From the NCBI GenBank assembly GCA_041191385.1, contig JBEEPA010000104.1:1-25872 (forward strand): a stretch of DNA of 25,872 nucleotides, read 5' to 3'. Below are positions 1-7,989 of this stretch, piece by piece. The position numbers were made by a program, and so were the translations under genes. Source of the stretch: Bacteroidota bacterium. GTDB lineage: Bacteria > Bacteroidota > Bacteroidia > Flavobacteriales_C > GCA-002722245. The notes below the pieces were generated by a model. That model was not told where the DNA came from, did no database searches, and was given only the letters and a program-made list of their open reading frames with translations. Each line of letters opens with the position of its first letter. Position 1 is the first letter of the stretch.

Positions 1-327
1 TTATCTTAAAACACCAATAGCTTTACCAAAATTTTCGGCAAATTCTCTAATTTCTTTAGCATGTAAGGATTCACCCGTTGCACGTTCAAAACCATCCGCC
101 ATCGTCATAAAAGTCTGAAAATACATCATTTTCATATCTTCTACATACATATCCTTAGTCCACAAATCTACTTTTTTAGCTAATTTTTCTTTATCGTCCC
201 AAACAGCAATCATTAACGCCTTCACAACATCTTTTTCCAAACCTTTATCTTCCGTAGCTGTCCATTCTATTTTTTCGGGCAAATAATTTTCGTCTAATTT
301 TAACGTAAATTTTATCTCTTTTTCCAT
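1..327 (-). CDS. gldC: Gliding motility protein GldC
   Basis: 108 aa, complete (ATG 325-327, TAA 1-3). The pattern EIKFTLKLDENYLPEKIEW...IAVWD...VDLWTKDM.V..MK..YFQT..TMAD.FERAT matches GldC as I recall it. Confidence 0.88.
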   Translation of the reverse strand: MEKEIKFTLKLDENYLPEKIEWTATEDKGLEKDVVKALMIAVWDDKEKLAKKVDLWTKDMYVEDMKMMYFQTFMTMADGFERATGESLHAKEIREFAENFGKAIGVLR

Positions 328-342
328 TGTTTGATTTTTTAA

Positions 343-2388
343 TTATTTTACTAACCCACCATTATTTACGCTATTAGTAGGCGATACAAAACTTAATTTT
401 CCTTCGGCATCTTCTGCCATTAATATCATTCCTTGCGAAGGAATACCTTTTAAATCTCTGGGTGCCAAATTTACCAAAACCAATACCTGCTGGCCAATTA
501 TACTTTCGGGCTCGTAAAACTCTGCAATCCCCGATACCACTGTGCGTTGATCTATCCCAGTATCCAATTTAATTTCCAACAATTTTTTAGTTTTAGGTAC
601 TTTTTTAGCCTCTACAATAGTTGCCACGCGGATATCCATTTTTTGGAAATCCTCAAAAGCAATTAAATCCTTGCTAGGCTCGATATTTTTAGTAGTAGCC
701 ACCTTTTTTTTATCTTGTAATTTTTGCAACTGATTGTCCACAATTTCATCCTCAATTTTCCCAAACAATAACTCTGCTTGAGCTATGGTATGCCCGCTAG
801 CTAAAACGCTTCCTGCAATTTCGCCCCATGCAACACAATTTGCATTTAACATGCGCAATAATTTTTGTGAAGTTTGAGGTAAAAACGGAGCCGAAACTTG
901 CGCTAAAACTTGTGCAATTTGCAAGCTGATAAACATGATAGTTTCCACGCGTTCAGCATCAGTTTTAACTACTTTCCAAGGCTCTTCATCTGCTAAATAT
1001 TTGTTACCTGCAAAAGAAACCTTCATCATTTCTGCCAAAGCCTCTCTAAATTTATATTGCTCAATTTTATCCGAAATATTTTTTGGAGCATCTTTTAAAA
1101 CCTGCAAAACAGCTTCATCTTGAGGTAATAATTTACCCATTTTAGGCACAACACCATTGTAATATTTGTTGGTTAATACAACCGTACGATTAATAAAATT
1201 ACCAAGGTTAGCCACCAATTCGTTGTTGTTTTTTGCTTGGAAATCTTTCCAAGTAAAATCGGCATCTTTTTGCTCGGGCATAACGCTACACAAAACATAT
1301 CGCAATAAATCGGTTTGGTCTGGAAATTCATCTAAAAATTCATCCAACCAAACTGCCCAATTTCTAGAGGTAGAAAATTTTTCGCCTTCTAAGTTTAAAA
1401 ATTCGTTCGCAGGTACATTATATGGCAATACATAATCGCCCATTTGTTTTAACATGGATGGGAAAATAATACAATGGAAAACAATATTATCCTTACCTAA
1501 AAAATGCACCAATTTACTTTCACCACTTTTTTTCCAGTAATCCTCCCAAGATTTTCCTTTAAATTTATCTGCTTCGCGTTGTATTAACTGCTGTGTAAAA
1601 GTAACATAAGCAATGGGTGCATCAAACCAAACATACATTACTTTTCCTTCGGCACCTTTAACTGGAACAGGAACACCCCAATCCAAATCTCGTGTTATTG
1701 CGCGTGGCTGTAAACCTGCTTTTAACCACGACGAACACTGTCCGTAAACATTACTTTTCCAATGTTTGTTTTCCTCCAACAACCAATTTTTTAACCAAGC
1801 TTCGTATTTATCCAATGGTAAATACCAATGTTTGGTTTCTTTTAGCTCGGGCGTATTTCCGGTTAACACAGATTTTGGATTGATTAAATCGTTAGGGGAT
1901 AATGAAGTTCCGCATTTTTCGCATTGGTCGCCATAAGCCTCCTCGTTTCCACAATGCGGACAAGTACCTTTAATGTATCTATCTGCTAAAAACTGATTGT
2001 TTTGTGCATCGTAAAACTGCTCGGTAGTTTCCTCGATAAAAGCCCCATCGTTTAAAAATTTTTCAAACCATTCCGATGCTACTTTATAATGATCCGGATG
2101 AGAAGTTTGTGAAAATATATCTAATGAAATTCCCAGTTTTTGCAAGGAATTTTTTATGATATTGTGATTTTTATCAACCAATTGTTGAGGCGTTAAACCC
2201 TCTTTTTTTGCCTGAATAGTAATAGGTACACCGTGCTCATCTGTACCACCAATAAACACCACATCTGAACCTTTTTGGCGTAAATATCTTACATAAATAT
2301 CGGCTGGTATATACATTCCTGCTACGTGCCCTAAATGTAATGGGCCGTTAGCGTATGGTAATGCCGTGGTTACAGTATATCTTTCCAT
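343..2388 (-). CDS. metG: Methionyl-tRNA synthetase
   Basis: TTALPYANGPLHLGH (HIGH motif), zinc knuckle CPHC...CEKC, YVWFDAPI, KFSTS (KMSKS-like), and a C-terminal tRNA-binding OB domain (FQKMDIRVATI...TVVSGIAE...SQGMIL). Confidence 0.98.
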   Translation of the reverse strand: MERYTVTTALPYANGPLHLGHVAGMYIPADIYVRYLRQKGSDVVFIGGTDEHGVPITIQAKKEGLTPQQLVDKNHNIIKNSLQKLGISLDIFSQTSHPDHYKVASEWFEKFLNDGAFIEETTEQFYDAQNNQFLADRYIKGTCPHCGNEEAYGDQCEKCGTSLSPNDLINPKSVLTGNTPELKETKHWYLPLDKYEAWLKNWLLEENKHWKSNVYGQCSSWLKAGLQPRAITRDLDWGVPVPVKGAEGKVMYVWFDAPIAYVTFTQQLIQREADKFKGKSWEDYWKKSGESKLVHFLGKDNIVFHCIIFPSMLKQMGDYVLPYNVPANEFLNLEGEKFSTSRNWAVWLDEFLDEFPDQTDLLRYVLCSVMPEQKDADFTWKDFQAKNNNELVANLGNFINRTVVLTNKYYNGVVPKMGKLLPQDEAVLQVLKDAPKNISDKIEQYKFREALAEMMKVSFAGNKYLADEEPWKVVKTDAERVETIMFISLQIAQVLAQVSAPFLPQTSQKLLRMLNANCVAWGEIAGSVLASGHTIAQAELLFGKIEDEIVDNQLQKLQDKKKVATTKNIEPSKDLIAFEDFQKMDIRVATIVEAKKVPKTKKLLEIKLDTGIDQRTVVSGIAEFYEPESIIGQQVLVLVNLAPRDLKGIPSQGMILMAEDAEGKLSFVSPTNSVNNGGLVK

Positions 2389-2404
2389 TAATTTAAACTT
2401 TTTG

Positions 2405-2412
2405 CGAAAATA
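2405..2412 (-). promoter_or_regulatory. Putative Bacteroidota -7 promoter element for metG (TATTTTCG, variant of TAnnTTTG)
   Basis: Reads TATTTTCGCAAA on the minus strand and ends 17 nt from the metG ATG. One mismatch to consensus, and no clear -33 element. Confidence 0.4.
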
Positions 2413-2456
2413 CGAAAGGAAACTTAATAAAAATAATTTGTTTTAATTTATGCTGG

Positions 2457-3392
2457 TTATAATTGTATTACATACCATACACTACTTAAAACAATCATCC
2501 ACAGCCATAAATTTTGCAGCCATTTTTTTTGGATTTGAATGATATAACTTGAAACTAAAAAAGCACCTATTCCACCCCAAAGTACTGGTAAAAACTCGAT
2601 AATTGTATATTTTGCATTAAAGAAAAACAACAATGGTGTAAGGATAAAATATAGACTAAAAACCCTAAAAATTAATCGCGCTTTATGCACCATTGTATTT
2701 TTTTTGGTATTAATTTTTAAAAAGGAATATACATTAACATATATAAAAAAGGCAATAAATATTTCGTTATAAGTAGTTAATTTAGGAATGCTAATCCAAG
2801 TAAAATTAATTTGCTTTGCAAGTTGTTTAATCAAATAATAATCGTTTAACAAATATGATAAACTAAACAAGGCAAAATAAGGGAATACATAACCCAATAA
2901 AAAAGCAACAACATCTTTTAAATTGGTAGTTTTAACCCAAAAAACAATTACGAAAAAAAATATAATTAAACTAATAAAGGACGGACTTACTAAACTTGTT
3001 ATACTCATTATAGAAGACAAGCCAAAAACTGTAATATATTGTCCTGAAGTATTATACAAATCGAACAACTCTAACATTACAATTAAAATAGTAAATACCG
3101 CACAAATCAATAAAAACGATTGCATTGTTGGTTGTTGTAAACTTAAAAAGTAAATGCTTAAAATTTGAGGTAAATAATTGTTGATATTGATAAGCTTAAA
3201 CTCTAATAATTTTTCGTTTAAAACTGCTCCAAAAACATAAATACAAATAAAATATACTACTACAAAAAACCAATCCAAAAAACTAAATTCCGTTAAGTAA
3301 GAAAAACTGTGTAAAAATAAAAACAGCAACACACTAAACGCACTAAATAAGTGCGCACTAAAAGCTGTTGTTTTTTGATAATTATCTAACAC
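2457..3392 (-). CDS. Polytopic membrane protein, DUF6427-like
   Basis: 311 aa with many hydrophobic segments. The segments LNEKLLEFKLININNYLP and LLGYVFPYF resemble Bacteroidota DUF6427 proteins (from memory, not a search). Confidence 0.55.
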   Translation of the reverse strand: MLDNYQKTTAFSAHLFSAFSVLLFLFLHSFSYLTEFSFLDWFFVVVYFICIYVFGAVLNEKLLEFKLININNYLPQILSIYFLSLQQPTMQSFLLICAVFTILIVMLELFDLYNTSGQYITVFGLSSIMSITSLVSPSFISLIIFFFVIVFWVKTTNLKDVVAFLLGYVFPYFALFSLSYLLNDYYLIKQLAKQINFTWISIPKLTTYNEIFIAFFIYVNVYSFLKINTKKNTMVHKARLIFRVFSLYFILTPLLFFFNAKYTIIEFLPVLWGGIGAFLVSSYIIQIQKKWLQNLWLWMIVLSSVWYVIQL

Positions 3393-3403
3393 GGTTGTTT
3401 ATA

Positions 3404-4609
3404 CTAAACTTTTATAAATATTTTCTTTTTGTACATCCACGAAAGTAGTAGGTAAAATGGAATTATCCATATTATTGCGTAAATATGCGATGCAATTTTT
3501 GCATAAATCAAATCGGGATGATTTTCGATAATTAGCATATATGGAGTTTTAGTAAATATTGATAAGATAAAATCTGCCATTATACTACTTATACTACCTC
3601 CATTTAGAGGAATAAAATGAACTAAATTACTTACCAATTCGGATAATAAATATGCTGTTAAGGCATTGCTTCCAAATTTTATCGCGGGCGTTGTAAATTT
3701 TGTAAACTGTAAATAATCGATAATCCATAAACTAAATGCTGTACATAACATGGCAATTCCTCCTGCATATACAACATAGGAGCTGGTCCATAAACCTTTA
3801 TTGATAGGTAAGGCAAAATCCCAAAACAAGCCCAAAACTACTAAAACTCCACCTATGGCAAATAAACCGCTAATTTTTTCTAATAAGGTTTTATCACTCA
3901 TAATCCATTGTCCGCTTAAAACACCAATTAAACAGGTTGAAACTGAGGTTGTGAAGGTTCCTAACAATCCTTCGGGCTCCCAATTGTTAATCCAAAAATG
4001 ACGTCCGCCTAATATTAAATGGTCCAAATATGTTCCGAAATTGTAAAAACCTTGCTTATTTAAATCTTTAACAAATGCTCCCGAAATTTCTATATGAATT
4101 ATTCCCCAATAAGCCAATAAAATAGCTACTGCTATATACAATTGTTGTTTCCAATTGGTTAATAAAAACAAGGAGCCTGTTAACATAAATACAATTCCTA
4201 ATCGTTGTAAAACACCCATAATACGGTACGCACCAAATTCTTTTAACAATAATTCGCCTTCTATATTAAAATATACAAACGGAAAATTATCTTTTAAAAA
4301 GCCTAATAAAAATATTAATGCACCACGTTTTATTACGGTAAGTATAAGCTGATTTTTAGGTTGTGTTTCTTTTTTTTTACCTAAAGCAAAGGCGATGGAA
4401 CAGCCCATGATGAATATAAAAAACGGAAAAATCATGTCGGTTGAGGTTGCACCGTGCCATGCAGCATGACTCAGTGGTAAAAACAAATGATTTACCCAAA
4501 CTGCGTTTTCGCTATCCCAAGTACCCCAAGAGCCAGGATTGTTAACCACAATCATTAAAAAAATGGTTAAACCTCTTAAAAAATCAATAGATAATATACG
4601 TTGTTGCAT
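3404..4609 (-). CDS. NagX-like / heparan-alpha-glucosaminide N-acetyltransferase (HGSNAT) family membrane protein
   Basis: RILSIDFLRGLTIFLMIVVNNPG, HAAWHG.T.TDMIFPFFIFIMG, MGVLQRLG, EPEGLLGT and PINKGLWTSSYV are characteristic HGSNAT/NagX blocks. Confidence 0.85.
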   Translation of the reverse strand: MQQRILSIDFLRGLTIFLMIVVNNPGSWGTWDSENAVWVNHLFLPLSHAAWHGATSTDMIFPFFIFIMGCSIAFALGKKKETQPKNQLILTVIKRGALIFLLGFLKDNFPFVYFNIEGELLLKEFGAYRIMGVLQRLGIVFMLTGSLFLLTNWKQQLYIAVAILLAYWGIIHIEISGAFVKDLNKQGFYNFGTYLDHLILGGRHFWINNWEPEGLLGTFTTSVSTCLIGVLSGQWIMSDKTLLEKISGLFAIGGVLVVLGLFWDFALPINKGLWTSSYVVYAGGIAMLCTAFSLWIIDYLQFTKFTTPAIKFGSNALTAYLLSELVSNLVHFIPLNGGSISSIMADFILSIFTKTPYMLIIENHPDLIYAKIASHIYAIIWIIPFYLLLSWMYKKKIFIKV

Positions 4610-4635
4610 AACTTTTTTATCGGAAGGATAAAATT

Positions 4636-4668
4636 AAAAAAGCAAGACGAAACCATCTTGCTTTTTTT
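4636..4668 (-). terminator. Intrinsic terminator after the MFS gene (could act in both directions)
   Basis: Minus strand reads A7-GCAAGATG-GTTT-CGTCTTGC-T6: an 8-bp stem with one G-U pair, 19 nt past the MFS stop codon. Confidence 0.8.
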
Positions 4669-4687
4669 ATAAATTCTTTTTTAAATA

Positions 4688-6211
4688 TTAAGCGTGCTTT
4701 TTTATTTTGCTACCAATTAAAGCGTAGTATAAAAGGTACGCCTGACAAAGTGCTACCAATATAAAAGTGATTTGCCAGTTGTTCGTGCTATCGGCATATA
4801 AGGATTGAATAGTAGGAACTATTGCACCACCAAAAATACCCATGATTAAATATCCAGATGCTTGGTTGGTATAAGGACCTAATTTATCGATTGCTAAGCC
4901 AAAAATGTAACCCCACATTACAGAGTGGAATAAACCAACAGCCACTAAAGCATAAATACCTGCATTACCAAAAATAGTAAATTGAGTAAAGCCTAAGTTA
5001 ACTTCTTGAAACGCCATTGTTCCTGGGAAAAAAGTACCAATCAATGTTAAAATCATTGCTAAAGCACTAACTAAAATTAAACCTTTGCGTGCATTGGCGT
5101 TTTTAAATACAAATGATCCAATAAAACGACCAATCATAATACTTCCCCAATATAAAGATGCAATAATTCCTGACGCTTTACCAATATTAATTACTTCTTT
5201 TTTTTGCTCAATGAAATATTTTATTGGCTCAGGATAATTGTTTTGCTCAATAGCTTCATCTGATTTTGCTTTTAATGCGATTAATGCATTTAATGCAGCT
5301 ACTGAATCAGCTTTTTGAACTTGTGATGTATCAGAAGGAATTAATTTGGTTAATAATGAATCAACAAGAGCGGTATCTCCAACTGTTTTATATGAATCTG
5401 CTTCTGTGTATAACCAACTGTAAACATCTGTTTTTTTTGATTTTAAAACTTCTGATGAAGGGGAATCAATATAAGTTTTAATATTATTTCCAATTGCAAC
5501 CTCTGCACCTACATAAGCAAAAATTGCAATTACTCCCAAAGTTAAATGACTAAATTGCCAAGCATTACCAACTAATTCTTTTGTTTCTCCTTCTTTAGAT
5601 TCCTCTGCACTAGCTGAAATGTTTGGTAATTTAATTAAAGAGAAAATTAAAGCTAATAGAAATGCAAAACCAGTTAAAAAAACATACGGTAATTTAACAT
5701 CATCAACAACTGGGTTAGCTTTTCCAAAAATTACATTTGCTGCAAAAATTGGTGCTAATGTTCCTGCTAAAGAGTTAAAAGCTCCTGCTAAATTAATACG
5801 TGTTCCAGCTGTCTCCGGCGAACCTAATGCTGCTAAATATGGATTGGCAACAACTTGTAATATTGTAATTCCTGATCCTAATATAAATGATCCACCTACA
5901 AATACTGCAAATGAATTTAAAAATGCTGCCGACAAAAATACAGATAACGCAATACCTAAAACACAAAGCGCAATCACTAATGTTTTTTTATTACCCATTC
6001 TATCAATCATTTTAGAAGCTAAAGGGCCTGTTAAAACGAAAGCTGAGAAAAAGGAAAAGGTTAATAAGGATGTTTGAAAATTACTTAAATTAAACACTAT
6101 TTTTATCGGACTTTGTAACTGTCCGTTTAGTACTGTTAAAAATCCAAATAGGAAAAAAAGTACCACCATCATGATAAAAGGTACCTTGTAATTTTGTTTT
6201 GTAGAACTCAT
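4688..6211 (-). CDS. MFS sugar:H+ symporter, FucP/GluP/NagP family, with a large loop insertion
   Basis: LFFLFGF, LQVVANPY...G..ETA..R.NLAGAFNSLAGTLAP, YVGAEVAIG, LYWG..MIGRFIG, GLFHSVMW..IF.LAI..LG and LIMGIFGGAIVP are FucP-family motifs. Exact substrate cannot be determined. Confidence 0.88.
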   Translation of the reverse strand: MSSTKQNYKVPFIMMVVLFFLFGFLTVLNGQLQSPIKIVFNLSNFQTSLLTFSFFSAFVLTGPLASKMIDRMGNKKTLVIALCVLGIALSVFLSAAFLNSFAVFVGGSFILGSGITILQVVANPYLAALGSPETAGTRINLAGAFNSLAGTLAPIFAANVIFGKANPVVDDVKLPYVFLTGFAFLLALIFSLIKLPNISASAEESKEGETKELVGNAWQFSHLTLGVIAIFAYVGAEVAIGNNIKTYIDSPSSEVLKSKKTDVYSWLYTEADSYKTVGDTALVDSLLTKLIPSDTSQVQKADSVAALNALIALKAKSDEAIEQNNYPEPIKYFIEQKKEVINIGKASGIIASLYWGSIMIGRFIGSFVFKNANARKGLILVSALAMILTLIGTFFPGTMAFQEVNLGFTQFTIFGNAGIYALVAVGLFHSVMWGYIFGLAIDKLGPYTNQASGYLIMGIFGGAIVPTIQSLYADSTNNWQITFILVALCQAYLLYYALIGSKIKKHA

Positions 6212-6253
6212 AAAACTGATTGTTAAAAGTTAAAGTTTCTTTATTTCGGATTA

Positions 6254-6261
6254 CGAATATA
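6254..6261 (-). promoter_or_regulatory. Putative -7 element for the MFS gene (TATATTCG variant)
   Basis: Reads TATATTCGTAA on the minus strand, 43 nt from the ATG. One mismatch to TAnnTTTG. Confidence 0.35.
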
Positions 6262-6323
6262 AACAAATATCCTTTAGAAAGTAATTTTTTGTAAAAATCT
6301 TCCCTTTAATGCCTTAAAATTAT

Positions 6324-6331
6324 TACCTTTG
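6324..6331 (+). promoter_or_regulatory. Bacteroidota -7 promoter element TACCTTTG
   Basis: Exact TAnnTTTG followed by CAC, ending 8 nt before the ATG at 6340. No -33 TTTG at canonical spacing. Confidence 0.55.
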
Positions 6332-6339
6332 CACTCGCT

Positions 6340-6567
6340 ATGAAATGGTTATATGCTTTAATTTTTACTGTAATTTACAGCAATACTTTTGCACAATGTG
6401 CAATGTGTAAGGCGCAAATTGAAAGCAGCGAAGGTGAAGTGGGTAATGGTATCAATGGCGGAATTTTATTTTTGATGATTATTCCTTATGCTTTATTAAT
6501 TACCATTTTTATTGTGTTTTTTAATGGCAAAATTAGATCATCAATTTTAAAATTCATTAATTCTTAG
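6340..6567 (+). CDS. Small conserved Bacteroidota membrane protein with a QCAMC (CxxC) motif
   Basis: Signal-peptide-like N-terminus ending TFA, then QCAMCKA, then GINGGILFLMIIPY transmembrane segment. Resembles the QCAMC-GIN.GI.YLM..PY small proteins I recall from Bacteroidota. Confidence 0.8.
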   Translation: MKWLYALIFTVIYSNTFAQCAMCKAQIESSEGEVGNGINGGILFLMIIPYALLITIFIVFFNGKIRSSILKFINS

Positions 6568-6583
6568 TTCTTTTTAAAGTTTA

Positions 6584-6677
6584 CTTATCCAGAAAGGTGG
6601 AGGGACTGGCCCTATGATACCTTGGCAACCCCTGTTAGGAAGGTGCCAATTCCGCTCCGTAAAAAGGGCTAGATAAG
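6584..6677 (+). ncRNA. SAM-I (S-box) riboswitch aptamer
   Basis: P1 is CTTATC (6584-6589) paired with GATAAG (6672-6677). Core consensus AGAAAGGTGGAGGGACTGGCCCTATGATACCTTGGCAACC...AAGGTGCCAATTCC. Sits directly upstream of methionine synthase. Confidence 0.96.
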
Positions 6678-6702
6678 CGTGAAATAGTTTATTCATTTAT
6701 CT

Positions 6703-6736
6703 ACCCTTTGATTGTTTAATCAAAGGGTTTTTTTTT
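6703..6736 (+). terminator. Riboswitch-controlled intrinsic terminator
   Basis: Perfect 11-bp stem ACCCTTTGATT (6703-6713), loop GTTT, AATCAAAGGGT (6718-6728), with a T-run continuing to 6736. Confidence 0.92.
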
Positions 6737-6741
6737 GTAGT

Positions 6742-7740
6742 ATGATAAAAAAAGATGTTCGCGAGGTTTTAAAATCTCGTATTTTAGTGCTGGATGGCGC
6801 AATGGGTAGTTTGATACAAGGCTACAAATTGGAGGAAGAAGATTTTAGAGGAGAAAGATTTAAAGAGCACAACCATCCTTTAAAAGGTAACAACGATTTA
6901 TTGGCGTTAACGCGCCCGGATGTTTTAAAGGAAATTCATAATTTATACCTAGAAGCTGGTGCTGATATATTAGAAACCAACACCTTTTCGGGCACTACAA
7001 TTGCTCAAGCGGATTATGCTTTGGAAGATGCTGTGTACGATATCAATTTTTACTCGGCTAAAATTGCCAAAGAATGTGCAGATGAGTTTACTGCTAAAAA
7101 TCCTGATAAACCTAGATATGTTGCGGGGTCTATTGGTCCAACCAACCGTACTGCTTCGTTATCTCCAGATGTAAATGATCCGGGTTACCGTGCGGTTACT
7201 TTTGATGATTTGGTAAAAGCTTACTCGGAACAAACTGAAGCTTTAATAGATGGCGGAGTGGATTTACTTTTGGTGGAAACCATTTTTGACACCTTAAACG
7301 CCAAGGCTTGTTTGTTTGCCATTGATGAAGTGCAGGAAAAACGTGGAACAAATTTACCTATCATGGTTTCGGGTACAATTACCGATGCTTCGGGACGAAC
7401 TTTAAGCGGACAAACGGCGGAAGCTTTTTTAATTTCGGTTTCGCATGCACCTTTGTTAAGTGTTGGTTTTAACTGTGCTTTAGGGGCAGATTTAATGAAA
7501 CCTTACTTAAAAACAGTGGCACACAACACTAAATTTTTCACCAGCGCACACCCCAATGCGGGTTTACCAAACGAATTTGGAGAATACGATCAATCTCCAG
7601 AAGATATGAAAAAGCAAATTAAAGAGTTTTTAGATGAAAATTTAGTTAACATCATTGGTGGTTGCTGTGGAACAACTCCCAATCATATAAAAGTAATTGC
7701 GGATATTGCAGCTACTTATAAACCAAGAGTTGTTGCTTAA
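6742..7740 (+). CDS. metH: B12-dependent methionine synthase, N-terminal half (homocysteine S-methyltransferase domain)
   Basis: [40 protein letters not shown], and Zn-ligand motifs GFNCALG and GGCCGT. Start moved from the track's TTG 6712, which lies inside the terminator, to the in-frame ATG 6742. Confidence 0.93.
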   Translation: MIKKDVREVLKSRILVLDGAMGSLIQGYKLEEEDFRGERFKEHNHPLKGNNDLLALTRPDVLKEIHNLYLEAGADILETNTFSGTTIAQADYALEDAVYDINFYSAKIAKECADEFTAKNPDKPRYVAGSIGPTNRTASLSPDVNDPGYRAVTFDDLVKAYSEQTEALIDGGVDLLLVETIFDTLNAKACLFAIDEVQEKRGTNLPIMVSGTITDASGRTLSGQTAEAFLISVSHAPLLSVGFNCALGADLMKPYLKTVAHNTKFFTSAHPNAGLPNEFGEYDQSPEDMKKQIKEFLDENLVNIIGGCCGTTPNHIKVIADIAATYKPRVVA

Positions 7741-7989
7741 ATGAAATTAATCAAAATATTCATCAGCAGAGTACAAGCTAAATTTTATGCCGAACGAAAG
7801 GCATTAAATGAAAATTTAATGTGGGCCCCTCAGTTGGGTAATTTTTTTACTCTTTTTGTTTTTAAGTTGCTTCGTTCGATAGATATGTGTTATTTAATGG
7901 GAAATAATGCGAAAAAAATAGGGTTAAAAGAAAATGATTTTATTCAGGAGGATACTTTTAAAACTCTCCTAAATCTAGTAAAACAATGA
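7741..7989 (+). CDS. Hypothetical 82-aa ORF (possibly a remnant or non-coding)
   Basis: ATG directly abuts the metH-N stop (TAAATG) and its TGA overlaps the KilA-N ATG (ATGA). No recognisable motif. Confidence 0.35.
   Translation: MKLIKIFISRVQAKFYAERKALNENLMWAPQLGNFFTLFVFKLLRSIDMCYLMGNNAKKIGLKENDFIQEDTFKTLLNLVKQ

Noticed and set aside
6712-6741. TTG start at 6712 giving an [10 protein letters not shown] extension on MetH-N
   Set aside because: It lies within the riboswitch terminator hairpin and U-tract. ATG 6742 is the plausible start.
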